From: Acidimicrobiia bacterium
GTDB lineage: Bacteria > Actinomycetota > Acidimicrobiia > Acidimicrobiales > Bin134
DNA length: 64,000 bases
NCBI GenBank assembly: GCA_022822905.1
Contig: JAJDYE010000016.1
Location: 344,731-408,730, forward strand
Direction of reading: 5' to 3'
Shown: positions 8,164-17,965 of the stretch, piece by piece
Layout: the number at the start of each line of letters is the position of its first letter
Numbering within the stretch: position 1 is the first letter of the stretch
The notes under the pieces: generated by a model
The model's database searches: none
What the model was told of the DNA's origin: nothing
Seen by the model: the letters and a program-made list of their open reading frames with translations, nothing else
Program-made: the position numbers and the translations under genes

Positions 8164-11100
8164 TCACCGCGGCGGCTCGGGATCGCACAGAAAGCCGTAC
8201 ACGCCGCCCAGGTTCTGATCCCAGCGGGCGTGGCGGGCGGCTATGTCGGCCAGGCCCTGCTGGGCTAGACGCTGTCGGCGGGCGGGATCCCGCGCCAGGG
8301 CAACGATCTCGGCGGCCAGCCCGTCTGCCGTCTGGGGCGACTGCATGCAGTTGTGGTCGTGGCGCAGAAGCCAGTCCCCCGCCGGATTCTCAAAGGCCAC
8401 CACCGCGGTGCCGCAGGCCATCAGCTCCAGCGGCAGGTAGGAGGGGTGCTCGGAAGTGGTGAGCGCCACGCCGATGTCGCAGGATCGATAGAGCGGGCCG
8501 GTCTCCCGGTAGTCGAGCTGTCCCATATGGGTGACGAGGGAGTCCATGTGCTCGGGGAAGGCCCACGATCCCGCGGTCACAATGCGCACTTCGTCGGCCA
8601 GTTCGTCTTTCACCAGGCGCACGGCCCGAGCGGCCAACTCCCAGCAGTTGCGCAGATGGCCGGGACGGGCATAGATGAACACGGTCACCGGGCGGTCGGG
8701 ATCAGGGTCGATGCGGTTGCGGGCGTGGAACACCGAGTCGTCCACCGCGGGCCAGAAATGATCGGCCACTCCGCCGTAGCGATCCCGATAGATGTCGGCC
8801 AGATGGCCGGTGTTGCACAACCCGTAGAGCCCTAGCCGGTAGCTGTGCTCGGCCAGGGCGTAAAGCGTGCCCGCCGGGTAGAACATGGGCTCGAAATCCT
8901 GGATCAGGTAGAAGCGGCGCCTCTGGCCCGGGGTGCGGGCCGCGAAATAGGCGGTGGTCCACATGGTGGCGATGGCTGCATCGGCCGAAGGAACATCGCC
9001 GGGATCGAAGGCGAATGAATCGTGGTAGGCGATGGGGCTGTCGGCCAGCGACCGGAAGGCCGCAGAAATTCCCGACCGGTACCACCGTTCGTCGTGGTCG
9101 ACGGGACCGGCCATCACCATGAACCGGTTCTCCACCCCGTGATTCACGGCCAAATGGTTGGCCAGCCGGAACACCGTGTGGATGCCGCCGTAGAAGGGGT
9201 TCTGGAACTCGGGCACAAACCAGTTGGCGGTTCTCACCTCGTGTTGGCCCCGCACTGCTCGATGGCCTTGGCGAACCGACTCGGCCAACTGCCGATCCGC
9301 CTCGGAAGCGAAGGCCAGGGCGTGGGCCTCCCCGGTCTCGTTGCGCTGGTAGAAGACTTCCATGGGCCGACCCAGCATCTCGGTGAGCTGCTTCAGCACG
9401 CCCGGCTTCTCCTCGCAGTACACCGTCGGCTCGGGGTGGGCGGCACTGAGGTTCGGGGAGAAGTAGGGGTCACCCCCCATCAGCCAGCGCTGATAGACCC
9501 AATAGCTGGCGAACACGTCGCCGTCCGGGATGTCCGGGCCACGGGTGGCCGACTCCTTGTGGGTGATCGGGGTGGCCGCCGACACCACGTTGCGGTATCC
9601 GGCCTGCCGAGCCCGCAGCCCGAGCACCACATCGCTACCGCAGAGCTCTAGGCGCTCGTCGAACCCGCCGACTTCCTCGAACACCGAACGGCGCACGGCC
9701 ATACAGGCGCCGGTCACCGCCACTGCGTTGCGGGTCCAATCAGTGGACCCCAAGAGGCTGTCGGAATGCGGGGCCATGCCCTGGAACAGGTGGCCGGCCA
9801 GCCCGGTCATGCCGATGACTGCCCCGCCGTGCTGAATCAGCCCTTCGTCGTCGATGAGTTGGAGGCCGACGACGCCGACCTCGGATCGCTGAGCCCAGCC
9901 ACTGAGGTTGTCCAGCCATCCGGGATGACCGGGCGAGGTGTCGTCGTTCAAGAAAACCAGCACTTCTCCGGTGGCTTGGCCCGCCGCCCGGTTGTTGACC
10001 GCGGAGTAGTTGAACGGCTCATCCCACCAGATGACCTCGGGGTTCAGATCAACGGCTCGAGCCCGGTACCAGGCCTCGTTGTCGTCGCTACGGCCGCCGT
10101 TGTCCACGATGACGAGCTCAACGGCAGGGTGCTTGGCTGAACGGACCAAGTCGAATGCGCCCTCTAGCAGGCCTCGATTGTGGCGGGTGGCAACGATGAC
10201 GCTGACCGGCACATCCCGGGCGGGCGCCCACGCCAGGTTGACGCCGCTGGCCCCCGCCTCGGCCCGAGCCGGCCAGCCCTGCCGCGACAGCCAGCGGTTC
10301 ACCAACTCCAGATGGTGCGTCTCGACGCGGTCGTCGCGGCGGTCCCCGGTCTGCAACACCGCGGGCAGGCGGCACACCTGCTGGTCGGCCACGTCCAGCC
10401 CCAGCAGCAGATCCCACCACAGGGAGTCGTCAGTGGCCCCAGCATCGCGGTAGCGCAGGGCGGCTTCGACTTGAAGGCATCGGGCCCGAACGGCAAAGGC
10501 CCGTCCGATGTAGTTGGCACACACGAGGAGATCGGGCGACCAGCCCGGCTTGAAGCGGGGCCGGCTCAAGCGGTCCAGGTCGTCTTCGAAATAGACGCCT
10601 TCGGGCATCCCCGCGAGATGCCACTCCCATACTTCACCCAGATCGGCCAGGTCATCATCCCAATACACCAACTCCAGCCATGGGTCGCGCCACGCGGCCT
10701 GCGCGATCTGGAACACCGCATCGGGCCGAAGCCGGTCGCCAGCCCGCAGCAGCACCACTAGATCCCGGGGACAGTCCTGCGACAGCCGGTCGAACTCCTC
10801 AGCCAGCCCGCCAGCCTCGACTTTGACCACCTCGACCAGCCCCCACGACTGGCCGTGCAGCGACGCCTCGGTGGCAGCCACATCGCCGCCGCCGTCCACC
10901 ACCAGCCCCCACACCCTGAGCGGTCGGGTCCACTCGTCAAACCACTGCCGCTGAATCGCCAGGACGCTGGGATCGGCCGGCAGCCGGCAGAACCACTCTC
11001 GATAGGTCACACCGGCCGGCCGGCGCGGCGGAGCTGGTTCGGGCTCAGGCCCGGCGGGCGGCTCTGCTGTCTGGGTGCGGCGGACCGCGCGGCGTGCCTC

Positions 11101-11184
11101 CCGGATGATGGCCATCGCACTGCTGACCAGCCGTCGACGGCGGGTTTCTCGGGGGAGAGCTCGCTCAAGCAGACGACGAACCAC
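8164..11184 (-). CDS. large multidomain glycosyltransferase (central GT2 module plus C-terminal GT4/GT-B-like module), polymerase-type
   Basis: GT2 block: VSVIVATRHNRGLLEGAFDLV...VELVIVDNGG...FLNDD. C-terminal block: ALTTSEHPSYLPLELMACGTAVVAFEN, resembling the E(x7)E region of GT-B enzymes. Total length is 1006 aa. Confidence 0.75.
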   Translation of the reverse strand: MVRRLLERALPRETRRRRLVSSAMAIIREARRAVRRTQTAEPPAGPEPEPAPPRRPAGVTYREWFCRLPADPSVLAIQRQWFDEWTRPLRVWGLVVDGGGDVAATEASLHGQSWGLVEVVKVEAGGLAEEFDRLSQDCPRDLVVLLRAGDRLRPDAVFQIAQAAWRDPWLELVYWDDDLADLGEVWEWHLAGMPEGVYFEDDLDRLSRPRFKPGWSPDLLVCANYIGRAFAVRARCLQVEAALRYRDAGATDDSLWWDLLLGLDVADQQVCRLPAVLQTGDRRDDRVETHHLELVNRWLSRQGWPARAEAGASGVNLAWAPARDVPVSVIVATRHNRGLLEGAFDLVRSAKHPAVELVIVDNGGRSDDNEAWYRARAVDLNPEVIWWDEPFNYSAVNNRAAGQATGEVLVFLNDDTSPGHPGWLDNLSGWAQRSEVGVVGLQLIDDEGLIQHGGAVIGMTGLAGHLFQGMAPHSDSLLGSTDWTRNAVAVTGACMAVRRSVFEEVGGFDERLELCGSDVVLGLRARQAGYRNVVSAATPITHKESATRGPDIPDGDVFASYWVYQRWLMGGDPYFSPNLSAAHPEPTVYCEEKPGVLKQLTEMLGRPMEVFYQRNETGEAHALAFASEADRQLAESVRQGHRAVRGQHEVRTANWFVPEFQNPFYGGIHTVFRLANHLAVNHGVENRFMVMAGPVDHDERWYRSGISAAFRSLADSPIAYHDSFAFDPGDVPSADAAIATMWTTAYFAARTPGQRRRFYLIQDFEPMFYPAGTLYALAEHSYRLGLYGLCNTGHLADIYRDRYGGVADHFWPAVDDSVFHARNRIDPDPDRPVTVFIYARPGHLRNCWELAARAVRLVKDELADEVRIVTAGSWAFPEHMDSLVTHMGQLDYRETGPLYRSCDIGVALTTSEHPSYLPLELMACGTAVVAFENPAGDWLLRHDHNCMQSPQTADGLAAEIVALARDPARRQRLAQQGLADIAARHARWDQNLGGVYGFLCDPEPPR

Positions 11185-11249
11185 TACGACACCCTACCTG
11201 TACTCCTGGTTTCGCTTTCACCCGAGAAGCCTCCCACCGCAGTGAAGAC

Positions 11250-11286
11250 GGCTTCTGCCATGGCGGTGCACTTGATGGCAGAAGCC
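11250..11286. promoter_or_regulatory. perfect 12-bp inverted repeat (stem-loop or protein-binding palindrome) in the divergent gap upstream of the SpoIID-like gene
   Basis: ggcttctgccat (11250-11261), a 13-nt spacer, then atggcagaagcc (11275-11286). Confidence 0.45.
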
Positions 11287-11335
11287 GAAGCTGGGAGAAT
11301 TGCCCGGCGGGCGGCCAACCGGTTTTGGACGTTCT

Positions 11336-14300
11336 ATGCATTGGCAGCGATTGACGGTGTTGAACCGCCCTCGCTTATCACAGATTGTTGCCGCCTCGAC
11401 AGCACTCATGGTCGCGGCATCATTGCTGATCGCGGCCCCCTCCTCCGCCCAGCAGAATCCCAATCCCTCACCGGTGCTCGTCGTCGATCCCACCGCAACC
11501 GCCACGTTCACCGGCAGCGGCTGGGGCCACGGAGTGGGAATGAGCCAGTGGGGAGGCCTTGCCCGAGCCCAGGCCGGACACAGTGCCCAGCAGATCCTGG
11601 GCTTCTATTACGAGAACACCGTGCTTGCAGAGAACTATGGGCGCCCGGACAACGGTGCGGAACCGCCTTCCTCCCCCGAACCGAGCTCTCCCGCCACGCC
11701 CGCTGCCGGGGAGAGTGCGACACCGTTGGCACTGGCCACCACCGGCAGCACCACGCTCACTCCCGAGGGTCTCAACCGGATCACCATCGACAACCAGAAC
11801 ATCGCCGTCGGCGACCAGAGCGCAGCTCGAGCCCCCGCGGGAACGCCCATCGACTTTTCCCGCAGCGGCGGGCTCTGGCAGATCACATTCGGCACCACCA
11901 ACGTGTGCGGCAACGGCTGTTCCGGGCAAACCGTCCAGCTCCATTTCGCCACCGACACCGCGGTGGCCGTGTCCACTACCGGCCGCTCCTACTCCCACGG
12001 CCGCATCAACCTCGTGGCCGTGGCCAACGATCCCAGCCAGTTCCACATCACTCTCGATTCGCTCTCCGTGGAGACCTTCCTCAACGACCCCCACAACGAC
12101 CCCGCGGTGCCCAACACCGGCGTTGACCAGACAACCGGTTCGACCCACTTCGTGCTGGCCGTCACCCAGGCCGCCACGCTCACGCCCCAGGGCTTGAACC
12201 GCATCACCATCGACAACCAGAACATCACCATCGGCGGCCAGAGCGCAGCCCGAGCCCCAGCCGGCACCCCTATCATCGTCACCCGCGTCGGCGGACGCTG
12301 GCGCATTCGATACGGCAATGCCGACCTCTGCGGCAGCGGCTGCTCGGGACAGACTGTCCAGCTCCACTTCGGCACCGACACCGCGGTCGCGTTGTCCACC
12401 ACCGGCCGCTCCTATTCCCACGGCCGCTTCAACCTCGTGGCCGAGGCCGGTGATCCGAACCTATTCCGGGTTGTCTTGGACTCGCTGACCCCCGAGAGAT
12501 TCCTCAGCGATCCCCACAACACGCCACCTGAGATCCCGAAAGCCGACTCCACGCCCATCACCGAAACGGTCATCCAACCTCCGCCCGACCCCGTGCATCC
12601 CGAAGACGCCATTCGCGTCCACCTGAGCACAACTACCGGAACCACGCTCACCCCCCGGGGGGCAAACCGCATCACCGTTGACGGCCAAGGCGAGATCCGG
12701 GTGCCCGCCGGAACACCGGTAAATGTCGTCTACCACCCCGGCCACTGGCATTTCACCATCAACGGAGTCGACGCCTGTGGCAGCAACGGTTGTCCGGGCC
12801 ATACCGCCCAGTTTCACTTCGCCACCGGCACGTCGGTGGCGGTGTCCAACACCGGACACTCCTACTCCCACGGCCGCATAAATTTGGTGCCCGCCGGCGG
12901 AGACCCCGGCACCTTCTACGTCACCCTCGATTCCCTCTCGATGGAGCAGTATCTGTGGGGCATCGCCGAGACGCCCATGAATTGGCCGCTGGCCATTCAC
13001 GAGGCCCAGGCCATCGCCGCCCGCAGCTACGCCACCGCCACCCTGCGGGAGCGGCGGGCCTCCAACACCTGGACTCGGCCATTCGACCTATACGCCAGCG
13101 TGTGGGACCAGGCCTACGTGGGCGATACCCGGGAGAGGCACGCCGACGCCGCCACCTGGCTTCAAGCCGTGCAAAACACCGCAGGACAGGTGATGCTCCA
13201 CAACGGGGCGCCCATCCGAGCCTTCTATTCGGCCTCCAACGGCGGCCACACCGAGCGCAGCGGATATGTGTTCTCCACTGATTTGGCCTATCTGCCGGCC
13301 AAGCCCGACCCGTTCGACAGCATGGGATCCAACCCGTATGCCTCCTGGTCGCGCTCCTACTCGGTGGCCGACCTCAACCGGTGGCTGAACGACCACACCG
13401 ACACGGCGATAGGCCGGCTCATCAGCATGGACGTGATTGGCGGCACCGGCGGCTCCGGCCGGTTGGACAAGGCCCAAGTCCGGATAACCGGCACGTCTAG
13501 AACCGTCACCGTCAGCGGCAATCGGCTTCAGGCTCGGATCAATACCGCCGCCCGGGAGAGCGGACAGAACCAGCTGCTGTCCACGCTGTTCAGCTTCACC
13601 GTTCCTCTCGCCAGCGTTCCCTCCACAACGACCACGCCGGGAGATCCCGGGGATACACCCCCGATCGACTCCATTCCCGCCGACCAGAAGTACTACTCCG
13701 GTGTCATCGACGGCCCGGACTTCTGCTTAAACCGGAGCCTGGGCGGACCGATCACCTACCCCTTCGACCGGGATGGCGACGGTGTGGCCGATATCTGCGC
13801 CCTGCCCCGCACCCGACGGGAGGCGGTGGCCCACCAGAAGACCATTGAACATCTTGCCCTGGTGGAACGGGAGATTTTCAGCGCTCGGTTCGCAGAGGAA
13901 TGCCGCTCGGTGGCCAACACCTTCGGCGAACCGGAGAAGGAGACGGCAGACGAGTGCCAGCAATATCGGGACTTCACGGCTAATTTACCGGGCGGATCGG
14001 CTGCGCCCAATGGCGGCACCGGCGCTCAGACTCCGAGGTCGGCGGTCGGTCAGGACGACTACGCAGTGGACGACCGGCAGTACTACTCCGGGATCATCGA
14101 CGGCCCCGACTTCTGCTTGAACTTCAGCCTCGGAGGTCCCACCACCTATGCCTTCGACAGCAACGGCGACAACGTGGCCGACATCTGCGCCCTTCCCCGC
14201 ACTCGACGGGCCGCCGTGGCCCGCCAGCGGGCCCTCGAGCACCTGGCCCACGCCTCCCCTGAACTAGAAACCCTCTACCAGGCGCTCTTCATCGTGAACT

Positions 14301-14386
14301 GCCACATGGGGCCGGTGACGCTCGGCGAATCCGCCAAAGAGGCCAACGATGCCTGCGAGCCCCACATTCAGGCGGGGGCGGCTTAG
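11336..14386 (+). CDS. secreted SpoIID/LytB-domain protein with a triplicated pre-domain and two C-terminal Cys/Asp-rich repeats
   Basis: Signal-like N-terminus MHWQRLTVLNRPRLSQIVAASTALMVAASLLIAAPSSAQ. SpoIID motifs: MEQYLWGIAETPMNWPLAIHEAQAIAARSYA, RAFYSASNGGHTERS and GWGHGVGMSQWG. The ORF is open from a TTG at 11300. Confidence 0.8.
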   Translation: MHWQRLTVLNRPRLSQIVAASTALMVAASLLIAAPSSAQQNPNPSPVLVVDPTATATFTGSGWGHGVGMSQWGGLARAQAGHSAQQILGFYYENTVLAENYGRPDNGAEPPSSPEPSSPATPAAGESATPLALATTGSTTLTPEGLNRITIDNQNIAVGDQSAARAPAGTPIDFSRSGGLWQITFGTTNVCGNGCSGQTVQLHFATDTAVAVSTTGRSYSHGRINLVAVANDPSQFHITLDSLSVETFLNDPHNDPAVPNTGVDQTTGSTHFVLAVTQAATLTPQGLNRITIDNQNITIGGQSAARAPAGTPIIVTRVGGRWRIRYGNADLCGSGCSGQTVQLHFGTDTAVALSTTGRSYSHGRFNLVAEAGDPNLFRVVLDSLTPERFLSDPHNTPPEIPKADSTPITETVIQPPPDPVHPEDAIRVHLSTTTGTTLTPRGANRITVDGQGEIRVPAGTPVNVVYHPGHWHFTINGVDACGSNGCPGHTAQFHFATGTSVAVSNTGHSYSHGRINLVPAGGDPGTFYVTLDSLSMEQYLWGIAETPMNWPLAIHEAQAIAARSYATATLRERRASNTWTRPFDLYASVWDQAYVGDTRERHADAATWLQAVQNTAGQVMLHNGAPIRAFYSASNGGHTERSGYVFSTDLAYLPAKPDPFDSMGSNPYASWSRSYSVADLNRWLNDHTDTAIGRLISMDVIGGTGGSGRLDKAQVRITGTSRTVTVSGNRLQARINTAARESGQNQLLSTLFSFTVPLASVPSTTTTPGDPGDTPPIDSIPADQKYYSGVIDGPDFCLNRSLGGPITYPFDRDGDGVADICALPRTRREAVAHQKTIEHLALVEREIFSARFAEECRSVANTFGEPEKETADECQQYRDFTANLPGGSAAPNGGTGAQTPRSAVGQDDYAVDDRQYYSGIIDGPDFCLNFSLGGPTTYAFDSNGDNVADICALPRTRRAAVARQRALEHLAHASPELETLYQALFIVNCHMGPVTLGESAKEANDACEPHIQAGAA

Positions 14387-15228
14387 CCCAGCAGCTCGGC
14401 CACCAAGCGCCTCAGCGGCTCTCGAAAGTCGCCTGGGCTCCTCATGCCGGCCAAGGCCAAGGCCCGATTCTCCAACGCCGAGTTGGCCGGACGGGGGGCG
14501 GGGCGGGGCGGCTGCAAATCAGCGGTTGAGATGGGCGCAACCCGGTCGGGGTCATGGCCCGCAGCGGCCATCACCTCCCGAGCGAACTCATACCAAGACA
14601 CGTCTCCCTGATTGGCCGCGTGGTACAGGCCGGGACGCCGGTCAACACACAGCCTCTCGATCACTGCGGCCACATCAGCGGTGAACGACGGCGAACCCCG
14701 CTGATCGCTCACGAACCGAAGGGGACTGTCTTCGGCGGCGAGCCGCAATACGGTGCCCACCATGTTGGACCCGTGCCGCCCGCACAGCCAGGAGGTTCGG
14801 ACCACGGTGGCGTCCTCGCCCGCTTCCCTCTCGCCGGCCAGCTTGCTGGCGCCGTACACCGACTGAGGATCGGGCCGGTCCCATTCGTGATAGGGCTCGG
14901 CCTTGTTGCCGGAGAACACGTAGTCAGTGGAAACGTGGCAGAAGTGGGCATCGAACCGCCGAGCGGCCTCGGCCATGTGGCGTACCGCGAGAGCGTTGAC
15001 CTGGTAGGCCCGGTCGGCCTCGGTCTCGCAAGCGTCCACCGCGGTATAGGCCGCGCAGTTGACCACGGTGTCAGGCCGAATGGCGCTCACCGCGCTGAGC
15101 ACTTGGTCTCGTTGGGACACGTCCAGTTCTTGGCGGCGAGCAGCGATGGGCTCGTGGCCAGATGCGGCCAACTTCGCGGCAACGTCGTGGCCGAGCTGCC
15201 CCGCCGCTCCGGTGACCAGCACCCTCAC
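14383..15228 (-). CDS. rmlD: dTDP-4-dehydrorhamnose reductase
   Basis: VRVLVTGAAGQLGHDV Rossmann N-terminus and the catalytic-type motif YGASKLAGE. It lies in an rmlA-C-B-D operon (transcription order on the minus strand). The GTG at 15228 avoids the overlap with rmlB; the ORF is open to 15300. Confidence 0.85.
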   Translation of the reverse strand: MRVLVTGAAGQLGHDVAAKLAASGHEPIAARRQELDVSQRDQVLSAVSAIRPDTVVNCAAYTAVDACETEADRAYQVNALAVRHMAEAARRFDAHFCHVSTDYVFSGNKAEPYHEWDRPDPQSVYGASKLAGEREAGEDATVVRTSWLCGRHGSNMVGTVLRLAAEDSPLRFVSDQRGSPSFTADVAAVIERLCVDRRPGLYHAANQGDVSWYEFAREVMAAAGHDPDRVAPISTADLQPPRPAPRPANSALENRALALAGMRSPGDFREPLRRLVAELLG

Positions 15229-15241
15229 GGCCCCGCGGCCC

Positions 15242-16204
15242 TCATGTTGCAGCTTTCTTGAGCGGTTCCCACCACCAGCGGTTGTCCCGGTACCAGGCAA
15301 CGGTGGCGGCCAGGGCCTCGTCCAGCTCCCGGACCGGCGACCACCCCAGCTCTTTCATCTTGGCCGCGTCCACCGAATAGCGCCGGTCGTGGCCCAGACG
15401 GTCGGCCACCGGTTGGATGAACGACTCGTCCCGCCCGCACAGGGCCAGCAGGCGGCTGGTCAGGTCCCGGTTGGTGAGCTGGTTGCCGCCGGCGATGTTG
15501 TAGATCTCTCCGGCCTGGCCTTGGCGCAGCACCTGGTCGATGGCCGCACAGTTGTCGTCCACATGGCACCAGTCCCGCACATTCTGGCCATCGCCGTACA
15601 GGGGCACCTTCAATCCGTCCAGCAAATTGGTGGTGAACAGGGGGATGAGCTTTTCGGGGTGCTGGTAGGGGCCGAAGTTGTTGGTGCTGCGGGTAACCGC
15701 CACCGGCAGGCCGAAGGTCTCCCGGTAGGCCAGCGCGATCAAGTCGGCGCCGGCCTTGGACGCCGAGTAGGGCGAGCTGGGCCCCAGACGGTCGGTCTCG
15801 GTGAACGACCCCTCAGCGATCGACCCGTACACCTCATCGGTGGACACGTGGACCACCTTGTCCACCTCCAGCAGCCGAGCGGTGTCGCACACCACGTTGG
15901 TGCCGTCGCAGTTGGTGCGAACGAAGGCGTCGGGGCCGACAATGGAGCGGTCTACATGGCTCTCGGCGGCGAAATGAACCACCCCATCGCAGCCATCCAT
16001 GGCCTTGGCCACCCCGTCGCGGTCGCAGACGTCGCCATGGATGAACTCCAAGCGGGGGTCGTCTTCTAGGCCCCGCAGGTTGTCGCGGTTTCCGGCGTAG
16101 GTAAGGGCGTCGTACACCAACACGGCATCGTCGGTGCGAGCCAGCACCCAGCGCACGTAATTCGATCCGATGAACCCCGCGCCCCCGGTCACAAAGAGCT
16201 TCAT
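15242..16204 (-). CDS. rmlB: dTDP-glucose 4,6-dehydratase
   Basis: MKLFVTGGAGFIGSNYVRWVL and YSASKAGADL, typical of extended SDR 4,6-dehydratases. Confidence 0.9.
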   Translation of the reverse strand: MKLFVTGGAGFIGSNYVRWVLARTDDAVLVYDALTYAGNRDNLRGLEDDPRLEFIHGDVCDRDGVAKAMDGCDGVVHFAAESHVDRSIVGPDAFVRTNCDGTNVVCDTARLLEVDKVVHVSTDEVYGSIAEGSFTETDRLGPSSPYSASKAGADLIALAYRETFGLPVAVTRSTNNFGPYQHPEKLIPLFTTNLLDGLKVPLYGDGQNVRDWCHVDDNCAAIDQVLRQGQAGEIYNIAGGNQLTNRDLTSRLLALCGRDESFIQPVADRLGHDRRYSVDAAKMKELGWSPVRELDEALAATVAWYRDNRWWWEPLKKAAT

Positions 16205-16205
16205 G

Positions 16206-16772
16206 TCACCCTTGGGCTTCGAAGCGGGGAATCAGATGATCCGGTATCGCCGAGCGGCGGGGATTGGACTGGTCCCGAGCCGACAGCACGGGGTTGCCCA
16301 CCCCCCAGTCGGCCCCAACCTCGGGGTCGTTCCAGGCCACCCCCAGCTCGTCGTCTGGGTTGTAATAGCCGTCCACGAGATAGCTGATGGTCATGTCCGA
16401 CAACGCGGCAAACCCGTGGGCCACCCCCGGCGGGATGTACACCCCCCGATGGTGGTTCACGCCGTCGGGCTCGGTGCCCAGGGGCAGCGTCATTGTGCGC
16501 CCGTCGGTGGGTGAGCCTGACCGCAGATCATGGAGCACCACCCGGGCCTGGCCCACGGGCACATACCAGTAGTCGGCCTGATGGAGGTGGTAGTGCAAAC
16601 CCACCACCGAGCCGGCTCGCCGGTCGCCCCGGTTGGCCTGGATCATCTCCCGGACCCCGGGAATCCACTCCCGCCGGTAGGTCTCCACAAACACGCCCCG
16701 CTCGTCGCCATGGATTTCGGGGGACACGATGAACACACCCGATATCGCCTCACAGCGGCTTACCTCAGCCAT
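16206..16772 (-). CDS. rmlC: dTDP-4-dehydrorhamnose 3,5-epimerase
   Basis: Cupin-type sequence (HGDERGVFVETYR..., GLHYH, PPGVAHGF), 188 aa, lying between rmlA and rmlB. Confidence 0.9.
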   Translation of the reverse strand: MAEVSRCEAISGVFIVSPEIHGDERGVFVETYRREWIPGVREMIQANRGDRRAGSVVGLHYHLHQADYWYVPVGQARVVLHDLRSGSPTDGRTMTLPLGTEPDGVNHHRGVYIPPGVAHGFAALSDMTISYLVDGYYNPDDELGVAWNDPEVGADWGVGNPVLSARDQSNPRRSAIPDHLIPRFEAQG

Positions 16773-16812
16773 GGCCCTACCTCAGTTCCAAGTGAGAATG
16801 ACCAGCCGACAT

Positions 16813-17904
16813 CTACCCCAGCTCCAGATGGGAGTGGTCGCCCAGCATGAGCCGGGACACTGGGCGGCGCTCGGGCGACTGGGTCACCTGAACGTGCTGG
16901 CCGATCAAGGAGTCGGTGATCCGGCTGATCCCGTCGATGCGGCAGCCTTCGAGCACCACCGAGTGGTCCAGCTCGGCGTCGCTGATCACGCATTCGTCGC
17001 CGATGGAGGTGTAGGGGCCGATGAACGTGTTCTCTATGCGGGTGTTCGCGCCGATCACCGCCGGACCCCGCACGGTGGAGTTGACGATCTTGGCCCCCTC
17101 CGACACCACCACCCGCCCCTCGACCTTGGAGGCATCGTCCACCGCTCCGTCCACCCGGCGCGCCAGGATGTCGAGCACCAGGCGATTGCACTCCAGCAGA
17201 GGATCCTTCTTGCCGGTGTCGATCCACCAGCCGCCCAGCATCCGATGGCTCACCCGGTGGCCGTTCTGGATGAGCCAGTCGATGGCGTCGGTGATCTCCA
17301 ACTCGCCTCGGGCCGACGGCTCGATGGCGGCCACCGCGTCGTGGATGGAGGAATCAAAGATGTACACCCCCACCAAGGCCAGGTTGGAGGGCGGATCGGC
17401 GGGCTTCTCCACTAGGTTCACCACATCGCCATCGGGACCGAGCTCGGCCACCCCGAACGACGAGGGGTTGTCCACAGGGGTCAGCAGGATCTGCGCCTGA
17501 CTGTGGCCGGGGCCCTGCTCTTGCTCCCCTTCGAACTGCGCCACGAACTCGGCCAGGCCCTGCTCCAGCATGTTGTCACCCAGATACATCACAAAGCAGT
17601 CGTCGCCCAAGAAATCTTGGGCCACCAGCACGCAGTGGGCCAGCCCCAATGGCGCCTCCTGGCGGATGTAGGTGACGCTCACCCCGAAGCGCGATCCGTC
17701 GCCCACTGCGCCCCGGATCTCCTGGTGGGTGTCGCCCACCACGATGGCGATGTCGGTGATGCCCGCCGCGGCCATGTCCTCGATGCCGTAGAACAGCACC
17801 GGCTTGTTGGCGATGGGCACGAGTTGCTTGGCCCGAGTGTGGGTCAGCGGACGCAGCCTCGTGCCGGCACCTCCCGACAAGATCAACCCCTTCATTCGCC
17901 GCAC
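16813..17904 (-). CDS. rmlA: glucose-1-phosphate thymidylyltransferase, long form with a C-terminal left-handed beta-helix
   Basis: MKGLILSGGAGTRLRPLTHTRAKQLVPIANKP, followed by hexapeptide-like repeats in the C-terminal third. Confidence 0.85.
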   Translation of the reverse strand: MRRMKGLILSGGAGTRLRPLTHTRAKQLVPIANKPVLFYGIEDMAAAGITDIAIVVGDTHQEIRGAVGDGSRFGVSVTYIRQEAPLGLAHCVLVAQDFLGDDCFVMYLGDNMLEQGLAEFVAQFEGEQEQGPGHSQAQILLTPVDNPSSFGVAELGPDGDVVNLVEKPADPPSNLALVGVYIFDSSIHDAVAAIEPSARGELEITDAIDWLIQNGHRVSHRMLGGWWIDTGKKDPLLECNRLVLDILARRVDGAVDDASKVEGRVVVSEGAKIVNSTVRGPAVIGANTRIENTFIGPYTSIGDECVISDAELDHSVVLEGCRIDGISRITDSLIGQHVQVTQSPERRPVSRLMLGDHSHLELG

Positions 17905-17965
17905 AGTGTACGGCCCCCCTGTTGGCGAGGCACTAGGTGAGCTCTGGCTTCAAGGCGGGGGCCGA

